Assembly (NCBI GenBank): GCA_963695545.1
Contig: OY968796.1
Location: forward strand, 3,808,001 to 3,872,000
Direction of reading: 5' to 3'
Length of the DNA: 64,000 nucleotides
From: Terriglobia bacterium
GTDB taxonomy: Bacteria; Acidobacteriota; Terriglobia; Acidiferrales; UBA7541
Shown: one piece after another, positions 1-10,618 of the stretch
Position numbering within the stretch: position 1 is the first letter of the stretch
How the letters are laid out: each line of letters opens with the position of its first letter
Position numbers and translations under genes: made by a program
The notes under the pieces: model-generated
What the model was told of the DNA's origin: nothing
Database searches by the model: none
What the model saw: the letters and a program-made list of their open reading frames with translations, nothing else

Positions 1-1
1 T

Positions 2-949
2 GCGCCGGCGCCGGCCGCGGCCAGCCCGGTTGACAACGACATCATCTCCATGCTGCCGAAGGACGCGGGCGAGGTAGCTTACGCGAATTTGAAAGCGGCT
101 CGGCAATATCCCTGGTTTGAGCAATTGAAGGAACAAATGCTGCCGGCACGCTTCAAACAATTTGAGGCTTTTCTGGCCGCCGCGGGGATTGACCCGAATA
201 CGCAAGTTGAGGAATTGACGTGGGCGCTGGTGCCGAACATGCCGGCGAACGCGACGGCGACCTCCGTGCCGTCGAGCGAAGAAGTTGTGGGTATCGCGCA
301 AGGCCAATTCCAGCCGGATACGGCGGAGGCTTATTTTCTATCGAAAAAAGTGCCGACGGTGAAGATCCGCGACTTCACGCTTTATTCGTTTGGTTCGGGC
401 AGCGGACCGGGCGATCTTTTTCTTTTTTTCCTGGACACCAATACCGCGGTATTCGGGCAGCGCAAGCAGCTCGAGGAATTGATCAGCGTGCGCTACGGCG
501 AGGCGCAAGGCTTGATGGCGAATGCCGATCTGTCCGCGCTGGTGAATGACGCGAATGGCAGCGGATTGGTGTGGGCCGTGCTCGATCCGGCGTACACGCG
601 GCTCGCGATTCAGCAACTGGCGGGCGGCGCGGCGCAATTTTCGCAAGCCAGCCAGGTGATCGCGCAATTGAAATCGATGATCGTGAGCTTTGACGCGGAT
701 TCCGGAATCCAGGTCCATTTCCAGGCGGTGTGTACCACCTCGGATGCGGCCAACACTTTTGCGGCGCTGCTGCAGGCGGGATTGCTGTTGCAAAAATATC
801 AGGCGCAGCAAACGAATCCGGATTTGGCCGCGCTGCTGGATGAAACGCAAATCTCTCCGAATGGCGATCGGCTGGATATTCGGCTAAGCCTCACGGACGA
901 TCAAGTGGTCGCGCTGATCCGGCGGAACACGTTCGCGATGGGGCTGTGA
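2..949 (+). CDS. Hypothetical, probably exported protein (5' partial)
   Basis: The frame of the 50..949 ORF stays open to the window edge (APAPAAASPVDNDIISM..., resembling the end of a signal peptide). Codon usage is coding-like. Confidence 0.7.
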   Translation, partial: APAPAAASPVDNDIISMLPKDAGEVAYANLKAARQYPWFEQLKEQMLPARFKQFEAFLAAAGIDPNTQVEELTWALVPNMPANATATSVPSSEEVVGIAQGQFQPDTAEAYFLSKKVPTVKIRDFTLYSFGSGSGPGDLFLFFLDTNTAVFGQRKQLEELISVRYGEAQGLMANADLSALVNDANGSGLVWAVLDPAYTRLAIQQLAGGAAQFSQASQVIAQLKSMIVSFDADSGIQVHFQAVCTTSDAANTFAALLQAGLLLQKYQAQQTNPDLAALLDETQISPNGDRLDIRLSLTDDQVVALIRRNTFAMGL

Positions 950-1075
950 AGATCGCGCGCGTCGAGCGTCAGCGTTGTTGGGGCGATGCGCTGAAATTTT
1001 CGGGTGAAGTTGTGGGCGTGCGTTGCGGGCGCTCTTCAGGCGCTCGGTAATTCCCATTCAAGCGATATTTGCGGA

Positions 1076-1252
1076 TCACAAAGCGCCGCTGGTTGCGAGC
1101 GGCACTTCGCATGCCTCGCGGCAGTCCGGACAATAATATTGACCGTCGGCGGCGAGGCGAATGTTGTATTGCCCCTGGCAATAGCAACAGTAGCGATCGC
1201 ATTGGCACTCGTGTTCGGTCTTTTCGCAGGACGCGCAAAGAGTATCGGGCAT
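1076..1252 (-). CDS. Small Cys-rich putative metal-binding protein, 58 aa
   Basis: MPDTLCASCEKTEHECQCDRYCCYCQGQYNIRLAADGQYYCPDCREACEVPLATSGAL has 10 Cys. A GAGAGG SD and a TATAGT -10-like box lie upstream. It is hidden at the end of shadow ORF 1076..2719. Confidence 0.75.
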   Translation of the reverse strand: MPDTLCASCEKTEHECQCDRYCCYCQGQYNIRLAADGQYYCPDCREACEVPLATSGAL

Positions 1253-1329
1253 GGCCGCCTCTCTACTTTCACTATAATCCGCGCAGACATGGCCGACAAG
1301 ATGGCGTGACGCAAACGTGACCTCGCGCG

Positions 1330-2916
1330 CTATTTCGCTGCGCCGGCCGCTCCACTCGCGCCTGGAGCGCCACCCGCATCTGCGCCGGCAGCGAACAGCT
1401 CTACGGTGATCTTCGGAAAATCCTTTTCGTCGGCTAAATGACGCCCTTTCCCGTAGACGGCGTTGAGCTCGAGCGTGGTGCGGTCGAATTCGCCATTCGG
1501 CAAACGATTCCAATAGTCTACGATCCAGACGCGATCGGGCGCGGGACGCGCATCGCTTAAAACTTCTCCGAGCGGCGCGACCATAAAATCCTGATAAACC
1601 AATTGCGCGCCGCCGGGCGCATCGAGAACCGTCGGGCCCGCGGGAATCGGATTGCGCTGCGATCTGTAATATTCGTAGGGCAAGCGGCCGAGCGGTGTGA
1701 AGAAAATTGCGTCGCCAGGCTGGGCGCGATCGAGAATGTACGCTGTGGCGGAGCGCCAGTCTTCGGCGTACATCTGTGAACCGTGATGGAGGTACGCTCG
1801 TGTGGGCACGAACGTGAGAACGGAAATCACGGCCGCGAAGGCCCAAGCCAGCGCTTTCGGGCGCACGCGCACAATTCCGGCGGCGACACCCAGCATCATC
1901 GCGGGCAAGCAAACAATTAAATAGCGATCCACAAAGAAGGGCCGGACGAACGACGCTGCAATCGTCAGGACAACCGGCACGAAGAGCCAAGAGAAAATCA
2001 GCGCGAAGGGCCATCCGGCGTTTTCGGGCGCGCGATCGACGGAGCGGCGCGCCCGCCACGCGGCGAATCCGGCGATGGCGAATGCAAGCGCGTCCAGCGC
2101 GAGAAGCCACTTGCTGCCATAGCCGGCCAATCCATTGAAGAAATTTAGAACGATGGCTGGCGAAGTGCGCGGAATCCAATCGACGGGCGTTCCGCCGATT
2201 CTCGCGGCGACGATGGCGAGCGGCAGCGTGATGTATACAATCCACCGGACGCTGCGCGCGTAGTCGCGCCATGCGAAATCGCGTCCGCGCAGCGACACAA
2301 GCGATGCGCCTTGCGCTACGATCACGAGCGCCGCGAAAAAATGGGCGTAGATCGCGAGCGCGCTCACAATCGCGTAGCTCATCCAGCGCGCCGCGGCCGG
2401 CTCCTGAAGATTGCGCAGCAGGAGCAACGTCGAAAGCGTCACCAGAAAAACAACCAACGCATAACTGCGCGCCTCCTGCGAATAGGAAACGTGGAACGCA
2501 TTGATCGCGAGCAACCACGCGGCGATCAATCCGACGGCGGTGCCGAAGAGGCGGCGGCCGAGCGCGTAGATCACTGGCAGTGTGGCCACCGCGAACACCA
2601 CGGAGAGGCTGCGAACGAACGCTTCGCTGCTGCCGAATTTCATCCAATAGTGCAGCAGCACGTAATACAACGCCATATTCGCTTCGCGATGCCAGAGCAC
2701 GCGGGAGAATTGCGACCATCGCAGGCGCGCGAGCTCCGCGCTGACGGCCTCATCGAGCCAAAAACTTTTCGCGGCGAGAAAACGAAAACGCAAATGCGCG
2801 GCGATTACCACGATCAGTGCGAGCCAAGTCCGGCGAAGCAGCGGGCGGGAATCCAATTCGGAAATATTGGCGGGCGCGGGCGCGGGATTCGGCGCGGAAT
2901 GCGTTTCATTCATCAT
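1330..2916 (-). CDS. GT-C fold membrane glycosyltransferase (GT39/PMT-like)
   Basis: SFWLDE motif, 'PLYY'-like MALYYVLL, RSLS, YSQEARSYAL and multiple TM helices. A TGtTAGAAT box lies 8 nt before the ATG. Confidence 0.85.
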   Translation of the reverse strand: MMNETHSAPNPAPAPANISELDSRPLLRRTWLALIVVIAAHLRFRFLAAKSFWLDEAVSAELARLRWSQFSRVLWHREANMALYYVLLHYWMKFGSSEAFVRSLSVVFAVATLPVIYALGRRLFGTAVGLIAAWLLAINAFHVSYSQEARSYALVVFLVTLSTLLLLRNLQEPAAARWMSYAIVSALAIYAHFFAALVIVAQGASLVSLRGRDFAWRDYARSVRWIVYITLPLAIVAARIGGTPVDWIPRTSPAIVLNFFNGLAGYGSKWLLALDALAFAIAGFAAWRARRSVDRAPENAGWPFALIFSWLFVPVVLTIAASFVRPFFVDRYLIVCLPAMMLGVAAGIVRVRPKALAWAFAAVISVLTFVPTRAYLHHGSQMYAEDWRSATAYILDRAQPGDAIFFTPLGRLPYEYYRSQRNPIPAGPTVLDAPGGAQLVYQDFMVAPLGEVLSDARPAPDRVWIVDYWNRLPNGEFDRTTLELNAVYGKGRHLADEKDFPKITVELFAAGADAGGAPGASGAAGAAK

Positions 2917-3025
2917 GCGAGCGCATTCTAACATTCCGCACGCGCCCGCGGCGGCTTGACACTGGTTTATGGCGCATGCTACGGTCGATTGGTTCGTAAT
3001 TTTCCTTTGAAATTTGAGTCGCTGC

Positions 3026-4135
3026 GTGACCGCGCCGCCAACCACTCAACTCCGCAAAACAGCTCTGCATTCCGCGCACCGCCGCTTGGGCGCCAAGATG
3101 GTGAATTTCGGCGGATGGGATATGCCCATCGAATATTCCGGAATTATTTCGGAGCACATGGCCACGCGCACGGCCGCGGGCTTGTTCGACGTGAGCCACA
3201 TGGGAGAAATCGAGGTGCGCGGCGCCGCGGCGCTGGCTCTGGTGCAATCGGTCACCTCGAACAACGCGGCGAAACTCGCCGATGGGCACGCGCAGTATTC
3301 GGGGTTGCTGAACGAGCGCGGCGGTTTCGTGGACGATCTGCTGGTGCATCGCATATCGGACGATCACTATCTGCTTTGCGTGAACGCCGCGAACCAGGAT
3401 GGCGATTTCGATTACATTCGAGATCGAAATCGCTTCGGCGCGGAAATCGAAAATGCCGGCGAACGCTATTCGCAGCTCGCGCTGCAGGGGCCGAAGGCGC
3501 TTGAGATACTCGCGCCGCTGACGGCGACACGCCTCGACGCGCTGCGCTATTATCAATTTACATTCGGCGCGGTGAACGGCGTCGAATGCCTGATCGCGCG
3601 CACCGGCTACACGGGCGAAGATGGCTTCGAGCTTTATTTCCCGCCCGAGTATTCCGAAGCGCTGTGGAGCGCGCTGCTTGACTCGGGCCGGCCGGCGGGT
3701 CTGCTGCCATGCGGATTGGGCGCGCGAAACACTCTGCGGCTTGAAGCGGGGATGCGCCTGTACGGACACGAACTCGACGAGACGACGACGGTCTGGGAAG
3801 CGGACCTCGGGTGGATCTGCAAGCTCGATAAGGGCGAATTCGTGGGACGCAAGGCGCTGGTGGAGCAGAAGGCGCGCGGGATCGAGCGCTCTCTGGTCGG
3901 CTTTGAAATGACCGGCCGGCAAATCGCTCGCGATGCCTGCGGCATTTCGCACGGAGGCGCATTGGTGGGCCGCGTGACCAGCGGATCACCCGCGCCGTAT
4001 TTGAAAAAAAATATCGGCATGGCCTACGTGCCGCTGGCCACGCGCGCGCCGGGAACCGAGATCGAGATCGACATTCGCGGCAACCGAGCGCCGGCGCGCA
4101 TCGTGCCGCTGCCGTTTTACAAGCGCGCGCAATAA
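3026..4135 (+). CDS. gcvT: Glycine cleavage system aminomethyltransferase T
   Basis: GLFDVSHMGEI, RTGYTGEDGFE, GLGARNTLRLEAG; first gene of the gcv operon. GTG start chosen. Confidence 0.97.
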   Translation: MTAPPTTQLRKTALHSAHRRLGAKMVNFGGWDMPIEYSGIISEHMATRTAAGLFDVSHMGEIEVRGAAALALVQSVTSNNAAKLADGHAQYSGLLNERGGFVDDLLVHRISDDHYLLCVNAANQDGDFDYIRDRNRFGAEIENAGERYSQLALQGPKALEILAPLTATRLDALRYYQFTFGAVNGVECLIARTGYTGEDGFELYFPPEYSEALWSALLDSGRPAGLLPCGLGARNTLRLEAGMRLYGHELDETTTVWEADLGWICKLDKGEFVGRKALVEQKARGIERSLVGFEMTGRQIARDACGISHGGALVGRVTSGSPAPYLKKNIGMAYVPLATRAPGTEIEIDIRGNRAPARIVPLPFYKRAQ

Positions 4136-4180
4136 GAGCGCGGAATCGCGAAAAGAGCAGCTGGAGGAATCGACAGAAAA

Positions 4181-4579
4181 ATGACAACGTACCCGAGCGA
4201 TTATCGTTACACGCGCGAGCACGAGTGGGTGGCGGCCAAGGGCGATCTCGCCACGGTCGGAATCACCGACTACGCGCAGCATGAATTGGGCGACGTGGTT
4301 TACGTCGGACTACCGGAAGTGGGCACGGCGATGAAAGCGGGGCAAACGCTGGGCTCGGTGGAATCCGTGAAAACCATGAGCGATATTTACGCGCCGGTGT
4401 CTGGCACCGTCGTGGAAATCAATTCGGAGCTGACTGCCGCGCCGGAAAAAGTGAATCAGGATCCCCACGGCGCCGCGTGGATGGTGCGCATGAAGCTTTC
4501 TGACGCCGCCGAGCTGCGCGGCCTGCTCGACGCGGCGGCGTACCAGGCGTTTATAGCCGAGAAGGATTCCACCGCCTGA
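4181..4579 (+). CDS. gcvH: Glycine cleavage system H protein
   Basis: [20 protein letters not shown], lipoyl-Lys motif VESVK. Confidence 0.97.
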   Translation: MTTYPSDYRYTREHEWVAAKGDLATVGITDYAQHELGDVVYVGLPEVGTAMKAGQTLGSVESVKTMSDIYAPVSGTVVEINSELTAAPEKVNQDPHGAAWMVRMKLSDAAELRGLLDAAAYQAFIAEKDSTA

Positions 4580-5925
4580 TGCGCTATCTGCCGAAGAGTC
4601 CTTCCGAGCGCCAGGCGATGTTGGAGTCCATCGGCGCCGGCTCCATCGAAAAACTATTTGAATCGATTCCCGCACCGCTGCGGCTCGGGCGCGCGCTCGA
4701 TCTTCCGGGGCCGATGTCGGAGGCCGAGATCATCGCCTGGTTTCGCGCGCGCGCGGCGGAGAATTCGGTTGGCTACACAAGTTTTCTCGGCGCCGGCGTG
4801 TACAACCACTTGCGATCGGTGGTCACGGACACGATCTTGCAGCGCGGCGAATTCTTAACCTCGTACACGCCGTATCAAGCCGAAATCAGCCAAGGCACGC
4901 TGCAAGCGATTTTCGAGTTTCAAACGCTGATGTGCCAGCTCACGGGGCAAGAAGTAGCAAACGCCTCGATGTGGGACGGCTCGACCGCGACCACGGAGGC
5001 CGCGCTGATGGCGGCGCGAATTACGGGGCGTCGGCGATTGGTGGTGGCGCGCTCGCTGCATCCGGAATACAAGCAGGTTCTCGCGACGTACGGGCGGAAT
5101 ATCGGCCTCACGGCGGAGGAGATTCCATACACCGCGTCGGGGCAAATCGACACGGCTCGGCTGGCCGCGGCTGTGAACGACGACACTGCCGCGGTGATTG
5201 TGCAATCGCCCAACTTTTTCGGCGCGCTCGAAGAGGTGCCGGAGCTTGCGGAGATTGCGCACGCGCGAAAAGCGCTGCTGGTCGTCTCGATCACCGAAGC
5301 CGTTTCGCTTGGCGTGGTGCGGCCGCCGTCCGAAGCCGACATCGTGGCCATGGAAACGCAAAGCTTCGGCATGGCGCCGAGTTATGGCGGGCCTTACGCC
5401 GGAGTGATCGCCACGCGCGAACGATATCTGCGGCAGATGCCGGGGCGATTGGCCGGCCAAACGAGCGACGCGGCGGGGCGGCGCGGATTCGTGCTCACAC
5501 TTGCGACGCGCGAACAACACATTCGCCGCGAGAAAGCCACATCGAACATCTGCACAAACCAAGCGCTGTGCGCGCTGGCTGCGACCGTGCATCTTTGCCT
5601 GCTGGGCAAAGAGGGCTTGCGCGAATTGGCGCTGCAAAATTTGGCGAAGGCGCGATACGCCGCGGCGGAACTTGCGCGTGTGCCGGGCGTGCGAATTCCC
5701 TTCACGGGGACAACGTTCAACGAATTCGTGATCGAATTGCCACGTTCGGTGCGCATCGCGAATCGCAGACTGCTGGACGAAAAAATCATCGGGCCGCTGC
5801 CGCTGGGGCCGTGGTATCCCGAGCTGACCAAGCGAGGGCTAGTTTGCGTGACGGAGACCATGCCGCGCGCGGAAATCGAGCGCTTCGCCGCCGCGCTTGG
5901 CGCCGTGCTCGCAGGCCCATTGTGA
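4579..5925 (+). CDS. gcvPA: Glycine dehydrogenase (decarboxylating) subunit 1
   Basis: [40 protein letters not shown]; translationally coupled to gcvH. Confidence 0.96.
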   Translation: MRYLPKSPSERQAMLESIGAGSIEKLFESIPAPLRLGRALDLPGPMSEAEIIAWFRARAAENSVGYTSFLGAGVYNHLRSVVTDTILQRGEFLTSYTPYQAEISQGTLQAIFEFQTLMCQLTGQEVANASMWDGSTATTEAALMAARITGRRRLVVARSLHPEYKQVLATYGRNIGLTAEEIPYTASGQIDTARLAAAVNDDTAAVIVQSPNFFGALEEVPELAEIAHARKALLVVSITEAVSLGVVRPPSEADIVAMETQSFGMAPSYGGPYAGVIATRERYLRQMPGRLAGQTSDAAGRRGFVLTLATREQHIRREKATSNICTNQALCALAATVHLCLLGKEGLRELALQNLAKARYAAAELARVPGVRIPFTGTTFNEFVIELPRSVRIANRRLLDEKIIGPLPLGPWYPELTKRGLVCVTETMPRAEIERFAAALGAVLAGPL

Positions 5926-7496
5926 AGAATGCCGCGAAAAATATTGTGAGCGAAACGATACGCAAAGCCGGACGTAACGTCAGCCAGAACGAGGGGCTGA
6001 TCTTCGAGAAGTCCGCGCCGCATAAGCGCGCGTTCGAGTTGCCGCCGCTTGACGTGCCGCCGGTCGATCCGCGCACCGCGCTGGGGCCGGCGCACGCGCG
6101 CGATTCGGTCGACGGTTTCCCTGAAGTCAGCGAGATCGAGGTGTTGCGCCACTTCACGCGGCTTTCCACCTGGAATTATGCGATCGATCTCGGAATGTAT
6201 CCGCTCGGATCCTGCACCATGAAGTACAACCCGCGCGTGAACGAATTCGTGGCGCGGCTTGACGGCCTTGCGACCGAGCATCCCTACCAGCCTGCAGAGG
6301 TTTCGCTCGGGTGCCTGAAGATTTTGCGAACGCTCGAGAAATGCTTGCTCGAGATCACCGGCATGGACGCTTGCACGCTCGAGCCGGCTGCTGGAGCGCA
6401 GGGCGAACTGTGCGGCCTGCTACTGATCCGCGCGTATCTCGAGAGCCAAGGATCGGCGCGGCGCATCGTGCTGATTCCGGATTCGGCGCACGGAACAAAT
6501 CCCGCCACGGCCACGATCGCCGGCTACGAAGTGCGGAACATTCGATCGGACGCCGCGGGACAGATCGACGTCGAAGCGCTGAAAAACATCGTGAACGACG
6601 ACGTCGCGGCGCTGATGGTCACCAATCCTTCGACGCTGGGCGTTTTCGAGCAACGCATCGCGGAAATCGCGGAGATTCTGCACGCGCACGGCGCGCAGCT
6701 CTATATGGACGGCGCGAATATGAATGCGCTGGCGGGAATCGCGCGGCCCGGAGACTTCGGCGTAGACGTAATGCACCTGAATCTGCACAAAACATTTTCG
6801 ACGCCGCACGGAGGCGGAGGTCCCGGCGCCGGACCCGTGCTGGTGAAGAAAAAGTTCGAGCCGTTTTTGCCCGTGCCGGTGCTGGTGGAAAAAGATGGAC
6901 GATTGTCGCTCGAGACGCATCGCCGCGGCTCGATCGGGCGGCTGCGTGCGTTCGGTGGAAATTTCGGCGTGCTGGTGCGCGCGCTCGCTTACACGCTGGC
7001 GTATGGTCCCGGCATGCGGCAAGCCACCGAGGACGCGGTGCTGAACGCAAACTACATTCGGAGGGGACTCGAAGGCGTCTACGACCTGCCGTACAAATCG
7101 CCGTCAATGCACGAAGTGGTCTTCAGCGACGCGCGGCAGAAAAAAAACGGCGTGAACACGATGGATATCGCCAAGCGCCTGATCGACTACGGGTTTCATC
7201 CATACACGACTGCGTTTCCGCTGATCGTTCCCGGCGCGCTGATGATCGAGCCCACCGAATCGGAATCGAAAGAAGAATGCGACTTCTTCATCGACGCCAT
7301 GCGCTCGATCGCCGCCGAAGCGGAGACGAATCCCGATCTCGTAAAGACCGCGCCGCACAACACGCGCATCGGCAGACTCGACGAGGTCACCGCCGCGCGC
7401 AAGCCGATCCTGCGCTGGCGTTCGGCGACGGCGGCCGCGCCGCCGTCGGAAGCGCCGGCCAAAACGAAGCCGCCAACATCGCGCTCTTCTGAATAG
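5922..7496 (+). CDS. gcvPB: Glycine dehydrogenase (decarboxylating) subunit 2
   Basis: [15 protein letters not shown]-Lys motif [22 protein letters not shown] overlap with gcvPA; alternative start 5946. Confidence 0.96.
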   Translation: MKNAAKNIVSETIRKAGRNVSQNEGLIFEKSAPHKRAFELPPLDVPPVDPRTALGPAHARDSVDGFPEVSEIEVLRHFTRLSTWNYAIDLGMYPLGSCTMKYNPRVNEFVARLDGLATEHPYQPAEVSLGCLKILRTLEKCLLEITGMDACTLEPAAGAQGELCGLLLIRAYLESQGSARRIVLIPDSAHGTNPATATIAGYEVRNIRSDAAGQIDVEALKNIVNDDVAALMVTNPSTLGVFEQRIAEIAEILHAHGAQLYMDGANMNALAGIARPGDFGVDVMHLNLHKTFSTPHGGGGPGAGPVLVKKKFEPFLPVPVLVEKDGRLSLETHRRGSIGRLRAFGGNFGVLVRALAYTLAYGPGMRQATEDAVLNANYIRRGLEGVYDLPYKSPSMHEVVFSDARQKKNGVNTMDIAKRLIDYGFHPYTTAFPLIVPGALMIEPTESESKEECDFFIDAMRSIAAEAETNPDLVKTAPHNTRIGRLDEVTAARKPILRWRSATAAAPPSEAPAKTKPPTSRSSE

Positions 7497-7536
7497 TATC
7501 CTGCCGACTCGCGGCGTTTATGGAACGGAGTTGTGC

Positions 7537-8268
7537 TTACGGACGTGAATAAATCTCGCGGAGCTTCGGTCCGTCCGATCCAAGAACCACGAATTCGCAC
7601 TCGTGATACGTTCCTTGTTGCACCGAGGCGCAAGCAAGGATGCCGAATCGCTGCCCGGGCGTTTCCGGGTTTTCGTCTGCCGATGCATCACTCTGAACAA
7701 CAAGCGACATCGAATAGATCCAACCCGACGCGTCGTGCAGAACCGCTTCGACCCCTTGCGTAGGTTCGGCGACTAGCTCCGGTTCCCATTTCACCCACGG
7801 AGTGCCACCGCCGAGCGCAGCCTTCCACTCGCGCGCTCTCGAGCCGCCGCACTCTCCCGGACACAGCAGCGGAGGAATAGATGCCACCACGCCTTCCGGC
7901 CACTTGTGAATGACGCCTACGCCAGCGGTAGGGTTCACCTGCTGCAGAAATTGTAATGCAAAACATTTCCCCACGTAATCCGAAGACCTCGTATTCTCAA
8001 AATTGTTGGCTGGGCCAAAGCCATCGCTTACAGCTGACAAATATTCATCGCAATTTTGGACCGTCCGGCTCTCTCCACGTCGATCAAGAACGAGCGGCTG
8101 ACGTTGTTCCTTGCGCATTGCGCCGCTTATGTCGCTAAGGCTATCGAGGCCGAGACTCGGCGCCCAGGCCACTTTCGTTGCCCGTCCATCGCCGGCCGCC
8201 CGGACTCCGGCCAAACAAAATAGAGAACTCAAGACGAGAGCGATGGCGCACGGTGTTTTCCGCTCCAT
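7537..8268 (-). CDS. Hypothetical secreted Cys-containing protein
   Basis: GGAGGA SD before ATG 8268; signal peptide; six Cys in the mature part; visibly more AT-rich than its neighbours. Confidence 0.65.
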   Translation of the reverse strand: MERKTPCAIALVLSSLFCLAGVRAAGDGRATKVAWAPSLGLDSLSDISGAMRKEQRQPLVLDRRGESRTVQNCDEYLSAVSDGFGPANNFENTRSSDYVGKCFALQFLQQVNPTAGVGVIHKWPEGVVASIPPLLCPGECGGSRAREWKAALGGGTPWVKWEPELVAEPTQGVEAVLHDASGWIYSMSLVVQSDASADENPETPGQRFGILACASVQQGTYHECEFVVLGSDGPKLREIYSRP

Positions 8269-8343
8269 GAGATCCTCCATGTGGCACTCATAGTTGGAGT
8301 ATACGCGGCTCCAGATGTGGAGCGCAGTTGATGAAACCGGATT

Positions 8344-8387
8344 CAAAATAACAAAGAGGCGCCTCGGAAAATATTCCGGGGCGCCTC
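8344..8387 (-). terminator. Rho-independent terminator after the YSC84-like gene
   Basis: Hairpin GAGGCGCCTCGGAA / TTCCGGGGCGCCTC followed on the minus strand by TTTGTTATTTTG. Confidence 0.75.
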
Positions 8388-8445
8388 GTGGTTGCTGCCG
8401 AACGCGGGCCACTGTGCGGGGCCGCGGCCGGGGATGGCTGAACGC

Positions 8446-9150
8446 CTAGTTGACCTGGCTGGTCTGGACCTTCGGCGGATACATATCGAGTTCGCGCAAG
8501 AGACCACGCGCTGCTACGGGAGTCTCAACGTGGCCGTGAAGGATTTCGTCGCGGTGAACGTCGTGTCCGTACATGGCGACGTCACCGGAGTGATCGGCTT
8601 GGACGACGGCGCCGTCAAGACTCACGCCCGCGAAGATGCCCTTGGCGCGCGAGTAAGTCAGGATTTCGGCGTTCATGGCCGCATCGGTGTCCGCGGAAGC
8701 GGTGCGTCCCACGGGGCCGGCGGCGACCGAAGCGTCGGCGCCGAGTTTGAATTTATCGCCGAGCAAGCTCTGCAGGGCGTGGTCGTTCATGAACAGCATA
8801 ATGATGTCGGTGGAAGAACCGCCGGCTTGGTAGCCAACGCTGCCGCCGTCAAGGGCGACGAACATCGGCGCGCTCCAGCCATTTTCCGTGCGGCAGGCCG
8901 CAACGCCCCGGCCGTAATTGCCGCCGAGGAAGAACGCAAATTTGACGCTGCCAGGAATAATCGCGATGCACTTGGCTTTGGCCAGGAGGTCGCGCGGAAT
9001 TCCCTGATCGGGAGTGTTCATGATTTCGTGGAAGACGCGTCTCGAGGCGTCAATGCGGGTGACGTCGTCGTCGCGGTCCGAAGCGAACAGCGGAATCGCA
9101 AGCAATGCGACGGATACCAAAACTCCAAGACGAAATGCTGTTTTTGACAT
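8446..9150 (-). CDS. YSC84/SYLF lipid-binding domain protein, secreted
   Basis: Signal peptide; GGNYGRG, WSAP, GGSVGYQAGG, AAGPVGR, YSRAKGIFAGVSLDG motifs. Confidence 0.9.
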   Translation of the reverse strand: MSKTAFRLGVLVSVALLAIPLFASDRDDDVTRIDASRRVFHEIMNTPDQGIPRDLLAKAKCIAIIPGSVKFAFFLGGNYGRGVAACRTENGWSAPMFVALDGGSVGYQAGGSSTDIIMLFMNDHALQSLLGDKFKLGADASVAAGPVGRTASADTDAAMNAEILTYSRAKGIFAGVSLDGAVVQADHSGDVAMYGHDVHRDEILHGHVETPVAARGLLRELDMYPPKVQTSQVN

Positions 9151-9446
9151 GATCGAAGCTCCTCTGAATTTTTTGGTCACGTTGGCCTGCTGATCTGTCC
9201 TGACCGCCTGAGGGCCTGAAGGCTTGAGGGCCCGAGGGCGCGGGCCGCCTGACATCGTCGAGGATGCCACGCCGTTACTGCGCTGGGAATACATCGATCG
9301 GTGTATATCGGCGCATTAAGGACTTGACGCAATCTCCGCTGGATTGAGAGCGATACGTGCCAAAGCGGTGCACGAATGTGGAGCACGCCGGGAAAATTCC
9401 GAGCGCGCTGTGCGATTGCGCGGATTTAGTTTGCGTTCGACAGCGT

Positions 9447-10472
9447 TTATTTCGCGCCGGAAGTTTGCGGCGCCGTGTGCGCGGAATCGCGATACGACGC
9501 GAGCGTGGCTCCGGGTCCTGGAGCTTTGTGTTTACGCCGCGGCTCGGGCGCCGCGGGCATGGCGCGCAGATAGCGGCGAATTTCCAGAAAATCGTCGGAA
9601 TTGCTCTGGTAATTCGGGGCGGGTCCGCCGAGCAGATCCACTTCGTGCATGATGCGGTCGATGCGATGGTCGGGGTTCGGATGATTTTCAAAAAATGCCA
9701 CGCGATGGGGCTGCTTGGTTTCGTCTTCCACGATTTCAAAGAATTGGGCGAGCGCGCGCGGATCGTAGCCGGAATCGAAGAGAATTTGCGTGCCCAGAAC
9801 GTCGGCCTGCGTTTCGGCCGCGCGGGAATATTTCAGGAGGATGGAATCGAAGGCGAAGTCCGAGCCGACCTCCGCGGCCGCGCCGCTCAGTCCGCCGAAC
9901 AAACCGGACGCAGCGGAGAGCGGCAGCTCGGTTAAATACGCTTTGGTGGCCTGATGCGTGCCGTGGCGCAGCGCGACGTGGGCGATCTCGTGCGCCAGAA
10001 CACCGGCGAGCTGCGCTTCGTCATCGGCGGCTTCGATCACGCCGCGGTCGACGTAGATGAAACCACCCGGCAGCGCGAAGGCATTCACGGATTCGTCGTT
10101 CACGCAACGAAAGCGATACGGAAACGGATAGCCGGGCGCGTGAGCGGCGAGACGTTTGCCGAGCGCGTCGAGATAATTGTCCACGCGCGGATCGTTGAGC
10201 ATCGGAAGTTCCGCTTCGGCGGAGCGCGCGCTGCGCAGGCCAATCTCGATGTCGTCGCGCGTGGAGAACACGTCGACGCCGGGCTTGAGCGGCGTGCGGT
10301 CGGCGCGGGCCGCGACCGCGGCGCACAAGGCTATGAGCGCGACGATGAATGCGGGTGTTGCGAGAGTCAAGCGCGCGCCGCGATTCCTGCGCGACGTGCC
10401 GCGCCGCGCTACCGAAACGATTGAGACCACGCGCTCCGCGCAGTCCGGTTTTCGTCCGGCGTCGATACTCAT
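9447..10472 (-). CDS. M48 family zinc metallopeptidase (BepA-like)
   Basis: NAFALPGG, HEIAH, YSRAAETQAD, HP motifs; GGAGG SD. Confidence 0.92.
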   Translation of the reverse strand: MSIDAGRKPDCAERVVSIVSVARRGTSRRNRGARLTLATPAFIVALIALCAAVAARADRTPLKPGVDVFSTRDDIEIGLRSARSAEAELPMLNDPRVDNYLDALGKRLAAHAPGYPFPYRFRCVNDESVNAFALPGGFIYVDRGVIEAADDEAQLAGVLAHEIAHVALRHGTHQATKAYLTELPLSAASGLFGGLSGAAAEVGSDFAFDSILLKYSRAAETQADVLGTQILFDSGYDPRALAQFFEIVEDETKQPHRVAFFENHPNPDHRIDRIMHEVDLLGGPAPNYQSNSDDFLEIRRYLRAMPAAPEPRRKHKAPGPGATLASYRDSAHTAPQTSGAK

Positions 10473-10618
10473 GTGCGCCACCTCCGCCCGAAGGTAACAC
10501 CAATGACCATGCGCGCGCTCGGCCAAACGCGACCGATCGCATCGGTCGCTGTGATGCGAGCCACGTGCGGGAGGTTGACCGGGCGATCGAAGAAAGTCGC
10601 GACGCGCCGAAAGCGTGC

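Noticed and set aside
2917..3025. Glycine riboswitch upstream of gcvT
   Set aside because: The gap is only about 110 bp, is shared with a divergent promoter, and has no recognisable aptamer motifs.
4932..5921. N-terminal extension of GcvPB (854-aa ORF)
   Set aside because: It overlaps gcvPA in another frame; an Arg/Ala-rich shadow typical of high-GC DNA.
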